Shown in pieces: positions 20,811-28,961 of a DNA stretch of 64,000 bases. How positions within the stretch are numbered: the stretch's first letter is position 1; each line of letters starts with the position of its first letter. Under the pieces are notes generated by a model that saw only the letters and a program-made list of their open reading frames with translations, had not been told where the DNA came from and did not search any database. Made by a program: the position numbers and the translations under genes. Origin of the DNA: Anaerolineales bacterium (lineage in GTDB: Bacteria; Chloroflexota; Anaerolineae; Anaerolineales; E44-bin32); NCBI GenBank assembly GCA_041821665.1, contig JBGUDT010000005.1, positions 15,513-79,512 on the forward strand. Direction: 5' to 3'.

Positions 20811-22076
20811 ATGTTTCATCGCGTTCGTGGGGTCATAGTGGGAGTCTGCATGAGCATTTTCATCGCTTCATGTGGGCAAGGCGAGGTAGATCGGAATACC
20901 CCACAGTATACGACCGAGGCTGAAGTTTCTGGAGAACCACAGAGCTCTACGCTTCAACCCGAGATAACGCATACACCAGTCACGAGCGCGACAAAAACAC
21001 CGGAGCCATCCCCTACGCCCTCGCCAACGGCATTCCGGGTTGGTCCGACGTATCTCGAGCAATATAACCCGCTGACGGGCGAACGAGTGAACGACGAATC
21101 GCACCTCTATAAAAACCCGATCCTCGTCTCGGTCACGAATTTCCCGCCATCTGCGAGACCGCAAGCAGGGCTCAGCGCGGCATCTCACGTTTGGGAGATA
21201 TCCATTGGCCAGGGGATGACGAGGTTCCTCGCTGTGTACTACGGGGACTATGCGGATGAATTATTAGAAATGAACGAAAATCGCATCGATCAAGGTGAGA
21301 CGTATGTCGTCGGCCCGGTTCGCTCTGGCAGGGTCCCTTACGAGGAGATTAAACTGCTCTATCCCCCGGGTAGGCTGTATATTCGCTATGCGTCACCCGA
21401 AGTCCTCGAGCAATTAAGTGGTTGGGAGACGGTGTTTGCCGAGGATCCCGATAACGTCAACAGCGCGGGGATCTTCGTCGAAGACTTGGACGATCTATTA
21501 GAGGAGATCGCGGATCCGGGGGATCTCTCTGGGCTGGTCTTTGATTCACTCCCGATGATATCGGGGGTGGATGCAGAAGATTTTGTGATCGTCTACAACT
21601 ACTTCAATCATGTGGGTTGGAGCTATGATCCTTCCAGCGGCGCCTATGCGCGATCGCAAGATCTCTCCATTGGGGAAGGGGAATTGTTTCCTGCGGTCGA
21701 GCGCATGACGGGGGAACAGCTTCAATTTGAGAATGTCCTCGTTCTGTTCGCTCGGCATAAGTTCGAGAACCTCGTAGGGACGATACTGGACATTGAGCTG
21801 CAGTACCTCACGAGCGCCGTGGGGTATCTACTCCGAGATGGGAAGTTGCAGGAAATCCGATGGTCGACCAGGAGCGCGAATTTGGAATTATGGGACCTCG
21901 AAGGGAACGTCATGCCGCTCAAACATGGAAAAACTTTCTTTGAAATATTAAGCTATGAATCTACATGGGATTCAGATGAGCGAGTGTTCAGGTTTCACAG
22001 CCCGCCTCTGCCCACACTCACACCGACAACCACACCCACATCTACGCCTGTGCCTTCAGATACTCCATCGCCATGA
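20811..22076 (+). CDS. DUF3048-family exported lipoprotein
   Basis: A lipobox 'FIASCG' is followed by a P/T/S linker. 'ARPQAGLSAASHVWEISIGQGMTRFLAVYY' resembles the DUF3048 core. The C-terminus is a T/P-rich tail. Confidence 0.6.
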   Translation: MFHRVRGVIVGVCMSIFIASCGQGEVDRNTPQYTTEAEVSGEPQSSTLQPEITHTPVTSATKTPEPSPTPSPTAFRVGPTYLEQYNPLTGERVNDESHLYKNPILVSVTNFPPSARPQAGLSAASHVWEISIGQGMTRFLAVYYGDYADELLEMNENRIDQGETYVVGPVRSGRVPYEEIKLLYPPGRLYIRYASPEVLEQLSGWETVFAEDPDNVNSAGIFVEDLDDLLEEIADPGDLSGLVFDSLPMISGVDAEDFVIVYNYFNHVGWSYDPSSGAYARSQDLSIGEGELFPAVERMTGEQLQFENVLVLFARHKFENLVGTILDIELQYLTSAVGYLLRDGKLQEIRWSTRSANLELWDLEGNVMPLKHGKTFFEILSYESTWDSDERVFRFHSPPLPTLTPTTTPTSTPVPSDTPSP

Positions 22077-22138
22077 TGATGTGATCTCCCGATACGAACC
22101 AAAGGTCACATTGATAGCTGGATGCATCTTCGCATAGA

Positions 22139-22969
22139 ATGCCAGTTGAGATGAGAGATAAAAGCCATAGCTCTAGGCGAAATCACTGGATCAGATTCGT
22201 AATCCGCATGAGCGTGCTGCTCCTTGCGTCGGTTCTCCTGGGAGCATGTGGGAGTGCGATGGCCATATTTAGTTCACCGACACCGACGCCTACGAACACA
22301 CCCACCTCCACCCCGACCGTCACACAGACTCACACCCCCACGATTACGCGCACACCTACGGTCACCCTGACGCCCACGATCACTTTGACTCCAACAATCA
22401 CGCCAACACCGACGATTACTCCCACGCCTACTTTCGATTTTCCGGATGTGACCGTGTTGATGCAAGCAAATTGCCGCTATGGGGCCGGCACAGCATACTT
22501 ATACGCACACGGCGCATACGAGGGTGATCATGGCATCGTACACGGTCGAAACCCTAATAGTCAGTGGTATTGGGTGATTTTGGATACGAACCATTTTCAC
22601 TGCTGGCTCCATAACTCGGTCGTTGAGATTGATGGGGATATCCGCACGGTTGCCGTCGCAGCGCACCAGCTACCACGTTCAACCTTGTACAGTCAGCCGA
22701 AGAAAGTTGGCGCTGTACGACAAGGAGACCACGTAATTGTGAGCTGGCAGCGATTGAATATGACCGAAGACGATGATCGCGGCTATCTTATCGAGGCTGT
22801 CGTGTGCCAGAATGGCTTTCTGATCGACGTGGCTGTTCGGACGGATGATACTTCGTACACCTTGCTGGATGAAAAAGGCTGTGATGGAAAGTCAAGCGGC
22901 CGCTTGTACGCTGTTGAGAAGCATGGCTATGTGGACCCGGTGATAATTCATTGGCCTCAACCTAATTGA
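22139..22969 (+). CDS. exported protein with a long Thr/Pro linker and an SH3b-like plus beta-sandwich C-terminal region
   Basis: The signal/anchor 'LLLASVLLGACGS' is followed by about 50 residues of TPT(I/V)T repeats. 'ANCRYGAGTAY...WYWV' is bacterial SH3-like. Confidence 0.5.
   Translation: MPVEMRDKSHSSRRNHWIRFVIRMSVLLLASVLLGACGSAMAIFSSPTPTPTNTPTSTPTVTQTHTPTITRTPTVTLTPTITLTPTITPTPTITPTPTFDFPDVTVLMQANCRYGAGTAYLYAHGAYEGDHGIVHGRNPNSQWYWVILDTNHFHCWLHNSVVEIDGDIRTVAVAAHQLPRSTLYSQPKKVGAVRQGDHVIVSWQRLNMTEDDDRGYLIEAVVCQNGFLIDVAVRTDDTSYTLLDEKGCDGKSSGRLYAVEKHGYVDPVIIHWPQPN
22276..22430 (+). repeat. in-frame low-complexity ACN-CCN (Thr-Pro) repeat tract
   Basis: The DNA reads ...acgcccacgatcactttgactccaacaatcacgccaacaccgacgattactcccacgcct..., which encodes TPTITLTPTITPTPTITPTPT. 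Confidence 0.6.
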
Positions 22970-23004
22970 GGCAAACTTTTTTCAGAGTAATTTTGGGAGT
23001 ATTA

Positions 23005-23035
23005 AAATTGAGAGCGTCGTAGACGCTCTCAATTT
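23005..23035. terminator. bidirectional hairpin terminator between convergent genes
   Basis: A perfect 14-bp hairpin (aaattgagagcgtc / gacgctctcaattt) is flanked by A/T runs on both sides. Confidence 0.7.
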
Positions 23036-23065
23036 GATTATGTTGCTCTTATGCACCGTGACTGT

Positions 23066-23419
23066 TTATTGTTCCAATGAATCGGGCCTTGTTTTAATTT
23101 CCTCGATGTCGATCACATCGCTGAAGGAACCATCAATCGTCGAGGTGAGTGCGTCCATGTGTTCACGAACAATTTCTTGAGGGCAAAGCTCGACAAAGAA
23201 ATGAAAACCCAACCATATGACGAGGGCGTCATCGATGGGACCCAGGATTGCATCAGGAATCACGAGGTAGAGCAAAGCTCCAACTGGAAGAAGCTTTAGG
23301 AGAGGGTTGACCCTCCGGTCCATCATTAGACGCGTGATGAGTTTCAGCCGCATTGTCAGATTGTTTATCACACCGTCATGTTCTTTGGTTTCTTCAGGTT
23401 GATTGGTGATCTCGTCCAT
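23066..23419 (-). CDS. DUF1232 (YkvA-like) membrane protein
   Basis: 117 aa. 'VIPDAILGPIDDALVI' resembles the DUF1232 'D.IP..G..DD' signature. Confidence 0.5.
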   Translation of the reverse strand: MDEITNQPEETKEHDGVINNLTMRLKLITRLMMDRRVNPLLKLLPVGALLYLVIPDAILGPIDDALVIWLGFHFFVELCPQEIVREHMDALTSTIDGSFSDVIDIEEIKTRPDSLEQ

Positions 23420-23752
23420 ATCGTTGCCCTCTTCTCTCTATACAACCGTCCTGGTTCAGTAAATGATTATACCTCTCGCAACATTTACGGGGTCCCTCAT
23501 ACTAAATCGTACTTCATCCCTGTCGTCTCATGCATTTTGCCTGTTTCGATCGGCAACCCCCATTTATTCAAGCCTTATAAACTTATAGCACCATTTCCTA
23601 TGAAATATATTAGAGGTAGGTGTGAATAGAGATTCTGGGGCGTGATATGAGAGGGCACGTAGGCACAATTTATTGCATCGCAATTAATAAAAAAATGCGG
23701 AGCCGCCATCAGGATCGATTAGCGTGGCACCCACATTTTTAATATTTTCAGG

Positions 23753-23825
23753 AGGCGACGGTGGGATTTGAACCCACGATAGGGGTTTTGCAGACCCATG
23801 CCTTACCGGACTTGGCCACGTCGCC
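23753..23825 (-). tRNA. tRNA-Cys (GCA)
   Basis: The reverse complement is GGCGACGTGGCCAAGTCCGGTAAGGCATGGGTCTGCAAAACCC...GGTTCAAATCCCACCGTCGCCT. It has a 7-bp acceptor stem, a TPsiC 'GGTTCAAATCC' and the anticodon loop CTGCAAA. CCA is not encoded. Confidence 0.9.
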
Positions 23826-23893
23826 GTGGTTTTGACCAAAACTCGCCCGTCGACTGTTATAGTAATCAGAGCGGCGAGGGGCGATTTGATCAG

Positions 23894-23965
23894 AGCGGGC
23901 GATGGGATTCGAACCCACGACCTTCTGCTTGGCAAGCAGACGTTCTACCACTGAACTACACCCGC
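23894..23965 (-). tRNA. tRNA-Gly (GCC)
   Basis: The reverse complement is GCGGGTGTAGTTCAGTGGTAGAACGTCTGCTTGCCAAGCAGAAGGTCGTGGGTTCGAATCCCATCGCCCGCT, with the anticodon loop TTGCCAA. Confidence 0.9.
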
Positions 23966-24080
23966 ATTCTGCGGTCGAAGGATACCCCGTTCATATTCCA
24001 AAGTCAAGACGACCGAGTTTGAGGCTGGAATTACGATTGCGGTGGTCCGAGAAAGCGTAGTAGACTGAGGCGTTCGTAGG

Positions 24081-24536
24081 ATGAAAACGATCAAGGGGAG
24101 CATCCGCTTGAACCCGAAAACAACCGAAGAGAGCACTCATATTGAAGGTGAGGGGAGCGCCTCTGGGAGAGTGGGAGGCGTAAGAATATCTTCTTCCACG
24201 GGATGTCTTATCACGGTTTTGCTGGGATTACTGGGTGCCATAATTCTTGTCCAGTTGTTCCAGTTCATCATTCAGGGGGAGAAGATTTTTGGTGATGGTG
24301 ATCTTGAACAGACGAGGGTTTGGATCGTGCGTCAGATGGATGCCGGGGGTTTGGGATTTTCCCGCTCACGTGTGATCTCCACAGAGACAGTTGGGGATCA
24401 AGTTTGTGTCCAAACTGACATAGATTTTCTGCTGTGGAATTCTGATGGCTCCGAACCGAGTGCCTCATACTGTGAATGTTTTCAGCGGAATGGATCTGAA
24501 TGGCAGCCCGTTGGCGCCTGTAAAGAGGTGGATTGA
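24081..24536 (+). CDS. hypothetical membrane-anchored protein
   Basis: 151 aa with one TM helix ('CLITVLLGLLGAIILVQLF') and a Cys-containing C-terminal domain. Its TGA stop abuts the GTG start of the methyltransferase. Confidence 0.4.
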   Translation: MKTIKGSIRLNPKTTEESTHIEGEGSASGRVGGVRISSSTGCLITVLLGLLGAIILVQLFQFIIQGEKIFGDGDLEQTRVWIVRQMDAGGLGFSRSRVISTETVGDQVCVQTDIDFLLWNSDGSEPSASYCECFQRNGSEWQPVGACKEVD

Positions 24537-25643
24537 GTGAAGGTAGATGTCGATAAGAACCTTCCGGTAGGGGAAGTCCTGCATGGAGATTGCCTCGAGC
24601 TGATTGAAAGCCTCCCTGAGAAATCGGTGGATTTGGTTTTCGCAGATCCGCCTTACAACCTTCAACTCTCTGGTGAACTTTGGCGTCCAAACATGACGCG
24701 GGTCAATGGAGTTGAGGATGCCTGGGATAAATTCGACAGCTTCGAAGCATACGATGCTTTCAGCCGCGCCTGGCTCAAAGCGTGTCGTCGCGTGCTCAAA
24801 GATACTGGCGCGCTGTGGGTTATCGGCACATATCACAACATATATCGACTTGGAGCTATCCTCCAGGACCTTCAGTTCTGGATGTTGAACGACGTATTGT
24901 GGATTAAGACCAACCCGATGCCCAATTTTCGCGGGGTGCGGTTTACGAATGCGCATGAAACCCTCATCTGGGCGGCGAAATCGAAGGATGCAAAATACAC
25001 GTTCCACCACCACGCGATGAAGTCTTTTAATGATGGCAAGCAGATGAGGAGCGATTGGCGGTTACCGATTTGCACGGGCGAGGAACGCATAAAGGTCGAA
25101 GGGCGAAAAGCACATTCAACCCAGAAGCCGGAAGCCTTACTCTACCGGGTGATCGTTGCATCAACCAACCCGGGTGATATCGTCCTCGATCCCTTTTTTG
25201 GCACCGGAACAACTGGAGCCGTTGCGAAACGCTTGCATCGTAATTGGATTGGTATCGAGCAAGATGAGAATTACGTTCAGATAGCGAGAGAGAGGATTGC
25301 CCGAATTCGTCAAGAGAATCTGGATGATGCGGTATTCGATGTCGCCGATCACCGTCGGCACGCACCACGCGTCCCGTTTGCCCGGCTGCTCGAACTCGGA
25401 CTGCTGCATCCGGGGCAGGTGCTGTACTTTATGCAGGACGAAAAAAAACAGGCGATCATTAAGTCCGATGGGACGTTGATGTACGAGGGCACCGAGGGCT
25501 CAATTCATCAGGTCGGGAAGAGCATCATGGACGGAAGTCCATGCAACGGCTGGGACCACTGGTATTACCTTGACGAAGAGGGGGAGTATGTCCTTATCGA
25601 TGAGGCACGAAAAATCGCCCGAAGGGTGATGTTCCCAGGATGA
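24537..25643 (+). CDS. ccrM: beta-class N6-adenine DNA methyltransferase, CcrM/M.HinfI family (predicted GANTC specificity)
   Basis: 368 aa with 'HGDC', 'SVDLVFADPPYNL' (motif IV), 'NPMPNF', 'HSTQKPEALLYRVI' and 'DPFFGTGTTG' (motif I). A CcrM-like C-terminal domain is also present ('RVPFARLLELGLLHPGQVLY', 'GSIHQVG', 'CNGWDHWYY'). The whole length is collinear with Caulobacter CcrM as I recall it. Confidence 0.85.
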   Translation: MKVDVDKNLPVGEVLHGDCLELIESLPEKSVDLVFADPPYNLQLSGELWRPNMTRVNGVEDAWDKFDSFEAYDAFSRAWLKACRRVLKDTGALWVIGTYHNIYRLGAILQDLQFWMLNDVLWIKTNPMPNFRGVRFTNAHETLIWAAKSKDAKYTFHHHAMKSFNDGKQMRSDWRLPICTGEERIKVEGRKAHSTQKPEALLYRVIVASTNPGDIVLDPFFGTGTTGAVAKRLHRNWIGIEQDENYVQIARERIARIRQENLDDAVFDVADHRRHAPRVPFARLLELGLLHPGQVLYFMQDEKKQAIIKSDGTLMYEGTEGSIHQVGKSIMDGSPCNGWDHWYYLDEEGEYVLIDEARKIARRVMFPG

Positions 25644-25857
25644 TATCGGCTCTTTACGGGTGTTCAACACACAGTGCTGCCCTAGGAACTTAGAATTACG
25701 CCCCGATAAATTTGAATCTCTTGTTTCCACACATGACATAGATGCGTAAAGGTGCACCCCCCCTTCTAGAGAACGATATGTCGAGAAGGTTTGATTCGAT
25801 ATGCCTGACATTAATATGTAAATGAGAGTGGCGTTTACATATCCCGCAAATTTAAAT

Positions 25858-26583
25858 TCAGGTGGTTTTCTTAGGTGTGAGCAGCGGTATTGAGGTAAGA
25901 ATTCGATAGAGGGTTAAGAATAGAACTGAACCTAGAAGTGACCAATACACAATTTGTACCCATAACAACTCTGTATCCGAACCTGATAGGACCCCATGGA
26001 GAAGCGCCCCGAAGAAGACCAAATAGCTTAGAAAGTGGATTATGCGCCATACTTTCCTGCTGATACGACTGCGTACATAGAAGCTAAGGATGATGAGAAG
26101 AAGTAGATAGACGGAGATCTGTCCCAGACCCACCCAGATGGGTCGGTATGACTCGCTTTGAAAGGGAATTAAGATTTGGACTAGACCATAACCCATGTAT
26201 GCATCGCCCAGCAAAATCAGCGCATGGAAAATCGCAAAGAAAAGTCCGAGCAAACTCCCAAATTGGTGCAGGTCATAGGCTTTCGGTCCACCCGGCCAGA
26301 TGCGAGCCATCTTATTGGTGATCATGATCCCAAGTGCCATGGACATCCAGATAAGGATGAATGCAACCATGGCGCTGGAGCGCGACAGGTACCAAAAAAC
26401 TTTGGCTTCAGTACCTAGCAAGGAGTTTGTGAGCCCAGGCAGCCATGTGGGGAGGATTAGGACGGCTGCGAGCGTACCAAAAGCGATGGATCCGAGTAAG
26501 ACGACAAAGATGCGAAATGGCATAACGGGGATGTTATCGAGATCGACGGGAATTTCCTGATTTCTCATTTTTACGCTCTCCAT
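25858..26583 (-). CDS. ferric-reductase-like transmembrane (di-heme b) protein
   Basis: 241 aa with 6 TM segments. Two His pairs in TM helices ('HQFGSLLGLFFAIFH' = H-x13-H, 'HFLSYLVFFGALLH' = H-x12-H) are as in the FRD/NOX/MsrQ superfamily. It overlaps apbE by 13 nt. Confidence 0.7.
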   Translation of the reverse strand: MESVKMRNQEIPVDLDNIPVMPFRIFVVLLGSIAFGTLAAVLILPTWLPGLTNSLLGTEAKVFWYLSRSSAMVAFILIWMSMALGIMITNKMARIWPGGPKAYDLHQFGSLLGLFFAIFHALILLGDAYMGYGLVQILIPFQSESYRPIWVGLGQISVYLLLLIILSFYVRSRISRKVWRIIHFLSYLVFFGALLHGVLSGSDTELLWVQIVYWSLLGSVLFLTLYRILTSIPLLTPKKTT

Positions 26584-27494
26584 AAGTGTTGATGCATGCC
26601 TGAACTCATCAGTGCTTCGCCATCATCCAAGACGATGAATGCTTCTGTGTGATTCTGCTGTTCAAGCCAGGCTAATCCAGCATGACTTCCTAGAAGTAGC
26701 GTCATCTTTGCAGCGACTTCGGCTAGGTGAGCAGAGGTTGCGATAACAGTGGCAGATAAAAGGTCTGTTATCACAGGGAGACCCGTTCTTGGATCGATGA
26801 TGTGATGGCTCATTGTTCCATCGATATTAATCCAATTCCGTTGATCCTTCCCCGAGGTTGACACGCCGCCTTTCCTGAGGAGGATTAAGCCCATTTCTTG
26901 CTGAGAGTCCAGCGGATTCTGGATCCCTATCGGCCATGGGTTTCCATTCCTGCGTGGACCGTTGACGGCGATATCACCACCCGCATCGACGAGGGCGGGA
27001 CCCATTTTCGAGAGACGACGGGCTGCGCGATCTGCAGCCCAACCCTTTACAAACCCACCCAGATCGATGCCCGTATTCCGGGGAATCTCAATGCTGCGAT
27101 TAGAGATTGAAACTTGAATATCTGGCAAATGACGGCTTGGTTCGATGTCTTTTTGCTGCATAGAGGGGCTGTGAATATGTTCGAAGCTGCAGTTGTAGCC
27201 CGCGATCTCTAAGGCGCGCAGGGCGAAGGGCGTGACCAGCCCATCGGTGGCTTGATCGATTTTAAGTGCCTTTTTTAAAACCTCCAAGAAAAGAGGACTG
27301 ACGACGACCGGAGAACCTTGAGCATAATTCAATCTGGAGAGTTCGCTTCCCTCTCGGAACCTACTGAAACGACTCTCCCATCGCTCAAACCATTGAGGTA
27401 CAAGCTCAAGACCGTTTGGGTTTTCCGTTGAGCTCTCTTCGAGGGCTGCCATCATCTGACTTCCCATCGCCTTGAAGGAAATACGGTTCATCAA
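26571..27494 (-). CDS. apbE: FAD:protein FMN transferase ApbE
   Basis: 307 aa with the N-terminal 'FKAMGSQM' and 'SELSRLN', plus 'IDLGGFVKGWAAD', 'LVDAGGDI', 'GVSTSG' and 'HHIIDPRTG', all typical of ApbE. Confidence 0.85.
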   Translation of the reverse strand: MMNRISFKAMGSQMMAALEESSTENPNGLELVPQWFERWESRFSRFREGSELSRLNYAQGSPVVVSPLFLEVLKKALKIDQATDGLVTPFALRALEIAGYNCSFEHIHSPSMQQKDIEPSRHLPDIQVSISNRSIEIPRNTGIDLGGFVKGWAADRAARRLSKMGPALVDAGGDIAVNGPRRNGNPWPIGIQNPLDSQQEMGLILLRKGGVSTSGKDQRNWINIDGTMSHHIIDPRTGLPVITDLLSATVIATSAHLAEVAAKMTLLLGSHAGLAWLEQQNHTEAFIVLDDGEALMSSGMHQHLWRA

Positions 27495-27502
27495 TCAAAT
27501 CT

Positions 27503-27844
27503 CTATGAAGATCGCGTCCGAGTAACGGATGCTGGTGCTGATGAGGAGCGAGGACTGTTCACAACTCGAAGTTTAACGGCCTGCGGGGCTTCAGGTGGAG
27601 TCTCTGGGATGGAACCAGGATCAAATCCTCCCTCGGGAACCAGCGTAGGAAGCGGAGGGAATTCAAGGGTGAGTTCCTCCGTCGAAATAGGTTGTGAATC
27701 CTGAGATGATAATAATGTGGTGTCCTTCTTCGCCAGGATTGCCCAGCCTCCGAGTGTAGTGAGGAGCGCCCCCGTTGCCAGCAAGGTTTTTACCCCTGTC
27801 GTAGATTTATCCGCGGTCTTCCTTGTCTTTTTTCGATTGTTCAT
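27503..27844 (-). CDS. hypothetical single-pass membrane protein (Pro-rich ectodomain)
   Basis: 113 aa with a basic N-terminus, one TM helix ('LLATGALLTTLGGWAIL') and a P/E/S-rich tail. It sits 8 nt upstream of apbE. Confidence 0.45.
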   Translation of the reverse strand: MNNRKKTRKTADKSTTGVKTLLATGALLTTLGGWAILAKKDTTLLSSQDSQPISTEELTLEFPPLPTLVPEGGFDPGSIPETPPEAPQAVKLRVVNSPRSSSAPASVTRTRSS

Positions 27845-27887
27845 TGGGTCTCCGTTGTTCTACCTGAAGATTTTAAATTACAGAAAA

Positions 27888-28451
27888 TCAATCATCATCC
27901 TCATCTTCGTGCTCGTCATCGTCATCTTCAAAGCCACCATCGTGGCTAATTGTTTCCTCTGAGGGGACGCTATTGTGGAGCAGCCAACCGTTCTCGGCAC
28001 CGATGTAGACAGCTCCTCGGTCAAGGATTACCTCATACGCAACCATCCCTTGGAACATTACGAGTTCAACACGCTTGCTCACTTTTGCACTTGGAGCAAC
28101 TGACAGAGCTAGTCCAACAGCAAGTTCCGGTGAGATCTCGTATTCCGCCTGAGAAGCTGTTGGTGCTTCTTGTTCAAGTCGTGAGGCTAGTTCTTCTTGA
28201 GTTTCATAAGATGCAGCCAATTTCTGGTTGGCTTCGTCGATAAGGGCCTGATACTCGGCTTCACGTTCTTCTAAAATGGAGATGACCTCCGGACTGTCTA
28301 GTCCAACAGATTCAGGTTGAACGCCAACACCCGGTTGCTGTGAATTAATCACTCGATCTGCTAACGCACCCGTGACTACCAGGATAAAGGATGTCACAAC
28401 AACTGAGATGATGAGCATGCTCCTCTGTATCATTCGACTTGCCCTCCTCAT
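27888..28451 (-). CDS. membrane-anchored PepSY-domain protein with a poly-acidic C-terminal tail
   Basis: 187 aa with an N-terminal TM helix and a coiled segment. It has a PepSY-like block ('ISPELAVGLAL...VELVMFQGMVAYEVILDRGAVYIGAENGWLL') and ends in 'FEDDDDEHEDEDDD'. Confidence 0.55.
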   Translation of the reverse strand: MRRASRMIQRSMLIISVVVTSFILVVTGALADRVINSQQPGVGVQPESVGLDSPEVISILEEREAEYQALIDEANQKLAASYETQEELASRLEQEAPTASQAEYEISPELAVGLALSVAPSAKVSKRVELVMFQGMVAYEVILDRGAVYIGAENGWLLHNSVPSEETISHDGGFEDDDDEHEDEDDD

Positions 28452-28754
28452 AGATTAAAAAATTAGATTTCATTCACCTGGGGATGCCGATATTTTGCAA
28501 GCCAACTCCAAACCCCGGCGATATCTTATGGATTAGTATTGTTGAAAGTGTCCAAATATCACTTAATTTGTCGAGATAGAGAAGGAAAAGTTACGGGAGT
28601 AGTACAGAAGTAAGGTTCGTGGATCGATTAGTCAGTTTCTCTGGAGATTGTGCGAATAACCCTATGTATCAATCCTTAAACGATATGAGGGCTAACCATT
28701 GTGGATAGGGAGTGAGATCAGTAAGGAAAAGAACATCATTCGGAGAATGAAAAT

Positions 28755-28785
28755 CCCAGAGCCCTATTTCAAATAGGGCTCTGGG
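28755..28785 (-). terminator. intrinsic terminator downstream of flp
   Basis: A 12-bp perfect hairpin (cccagagcccta / tagggctctggg) is present. On the minus strand it is followed by 'attttcattct'. Confidence 0.6.
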
Positions 28786-28814
28786 TCTTGGAGGGAGAGT
28801 AGGACCAATTCGGA

Positions 28815-28961
28815 TTAGATGGTGTTAACGATGTTGCTGAAAACATTCCCGATGGCGGGGCCAAGTAGAGCGAGGATCACAATAACGACGATAGCGACCA
28901 AAACAAGTATCAATGCATACTCTACAAGACCTTGTCCCTTCTCCTTAGGTGCAAATAACAT
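28815..28961 (-). CDS. flp: Flp/Fap-family type IVb prepilin (48 aa, absent from the supplied ORF track)
   Basis: My translation of the minus strand is MLFAPKEKGQGLVEYALILVLVAIVVIVILALLGPAIGNVFSNIVNTI*. It contains the Flp 'G/xxxxEY' processing motif followed by a hydrophobic helix. A strong SD (AAGGAGGA) lies 6 nt upstream of the ATG, and a terminator follows downstream. Confidence 0.75.
   Translation of the reverse strand: MLFAPKEKGQGLVEYALILVLVAIVVIVILALLGPAIGNVFSNIVNTI

Noticed and set aside
23753-25643. A tRNA-associated genomic island carrying the methyltransferase.
   Set aside because: The methylase lies on the 5' side of the minus-strand tRNAs, not the usual 3' integration side. I found no integrase and no direct repeat of a tRNA 3' end.
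28700-28708. A DnaA-box-like TGTGGATAG (reverse complement CTATCCACA).
   Set aside because: It is a single isolated copy with no cluster, no AT-rich unwinding element and no dnaA or dnaN context.
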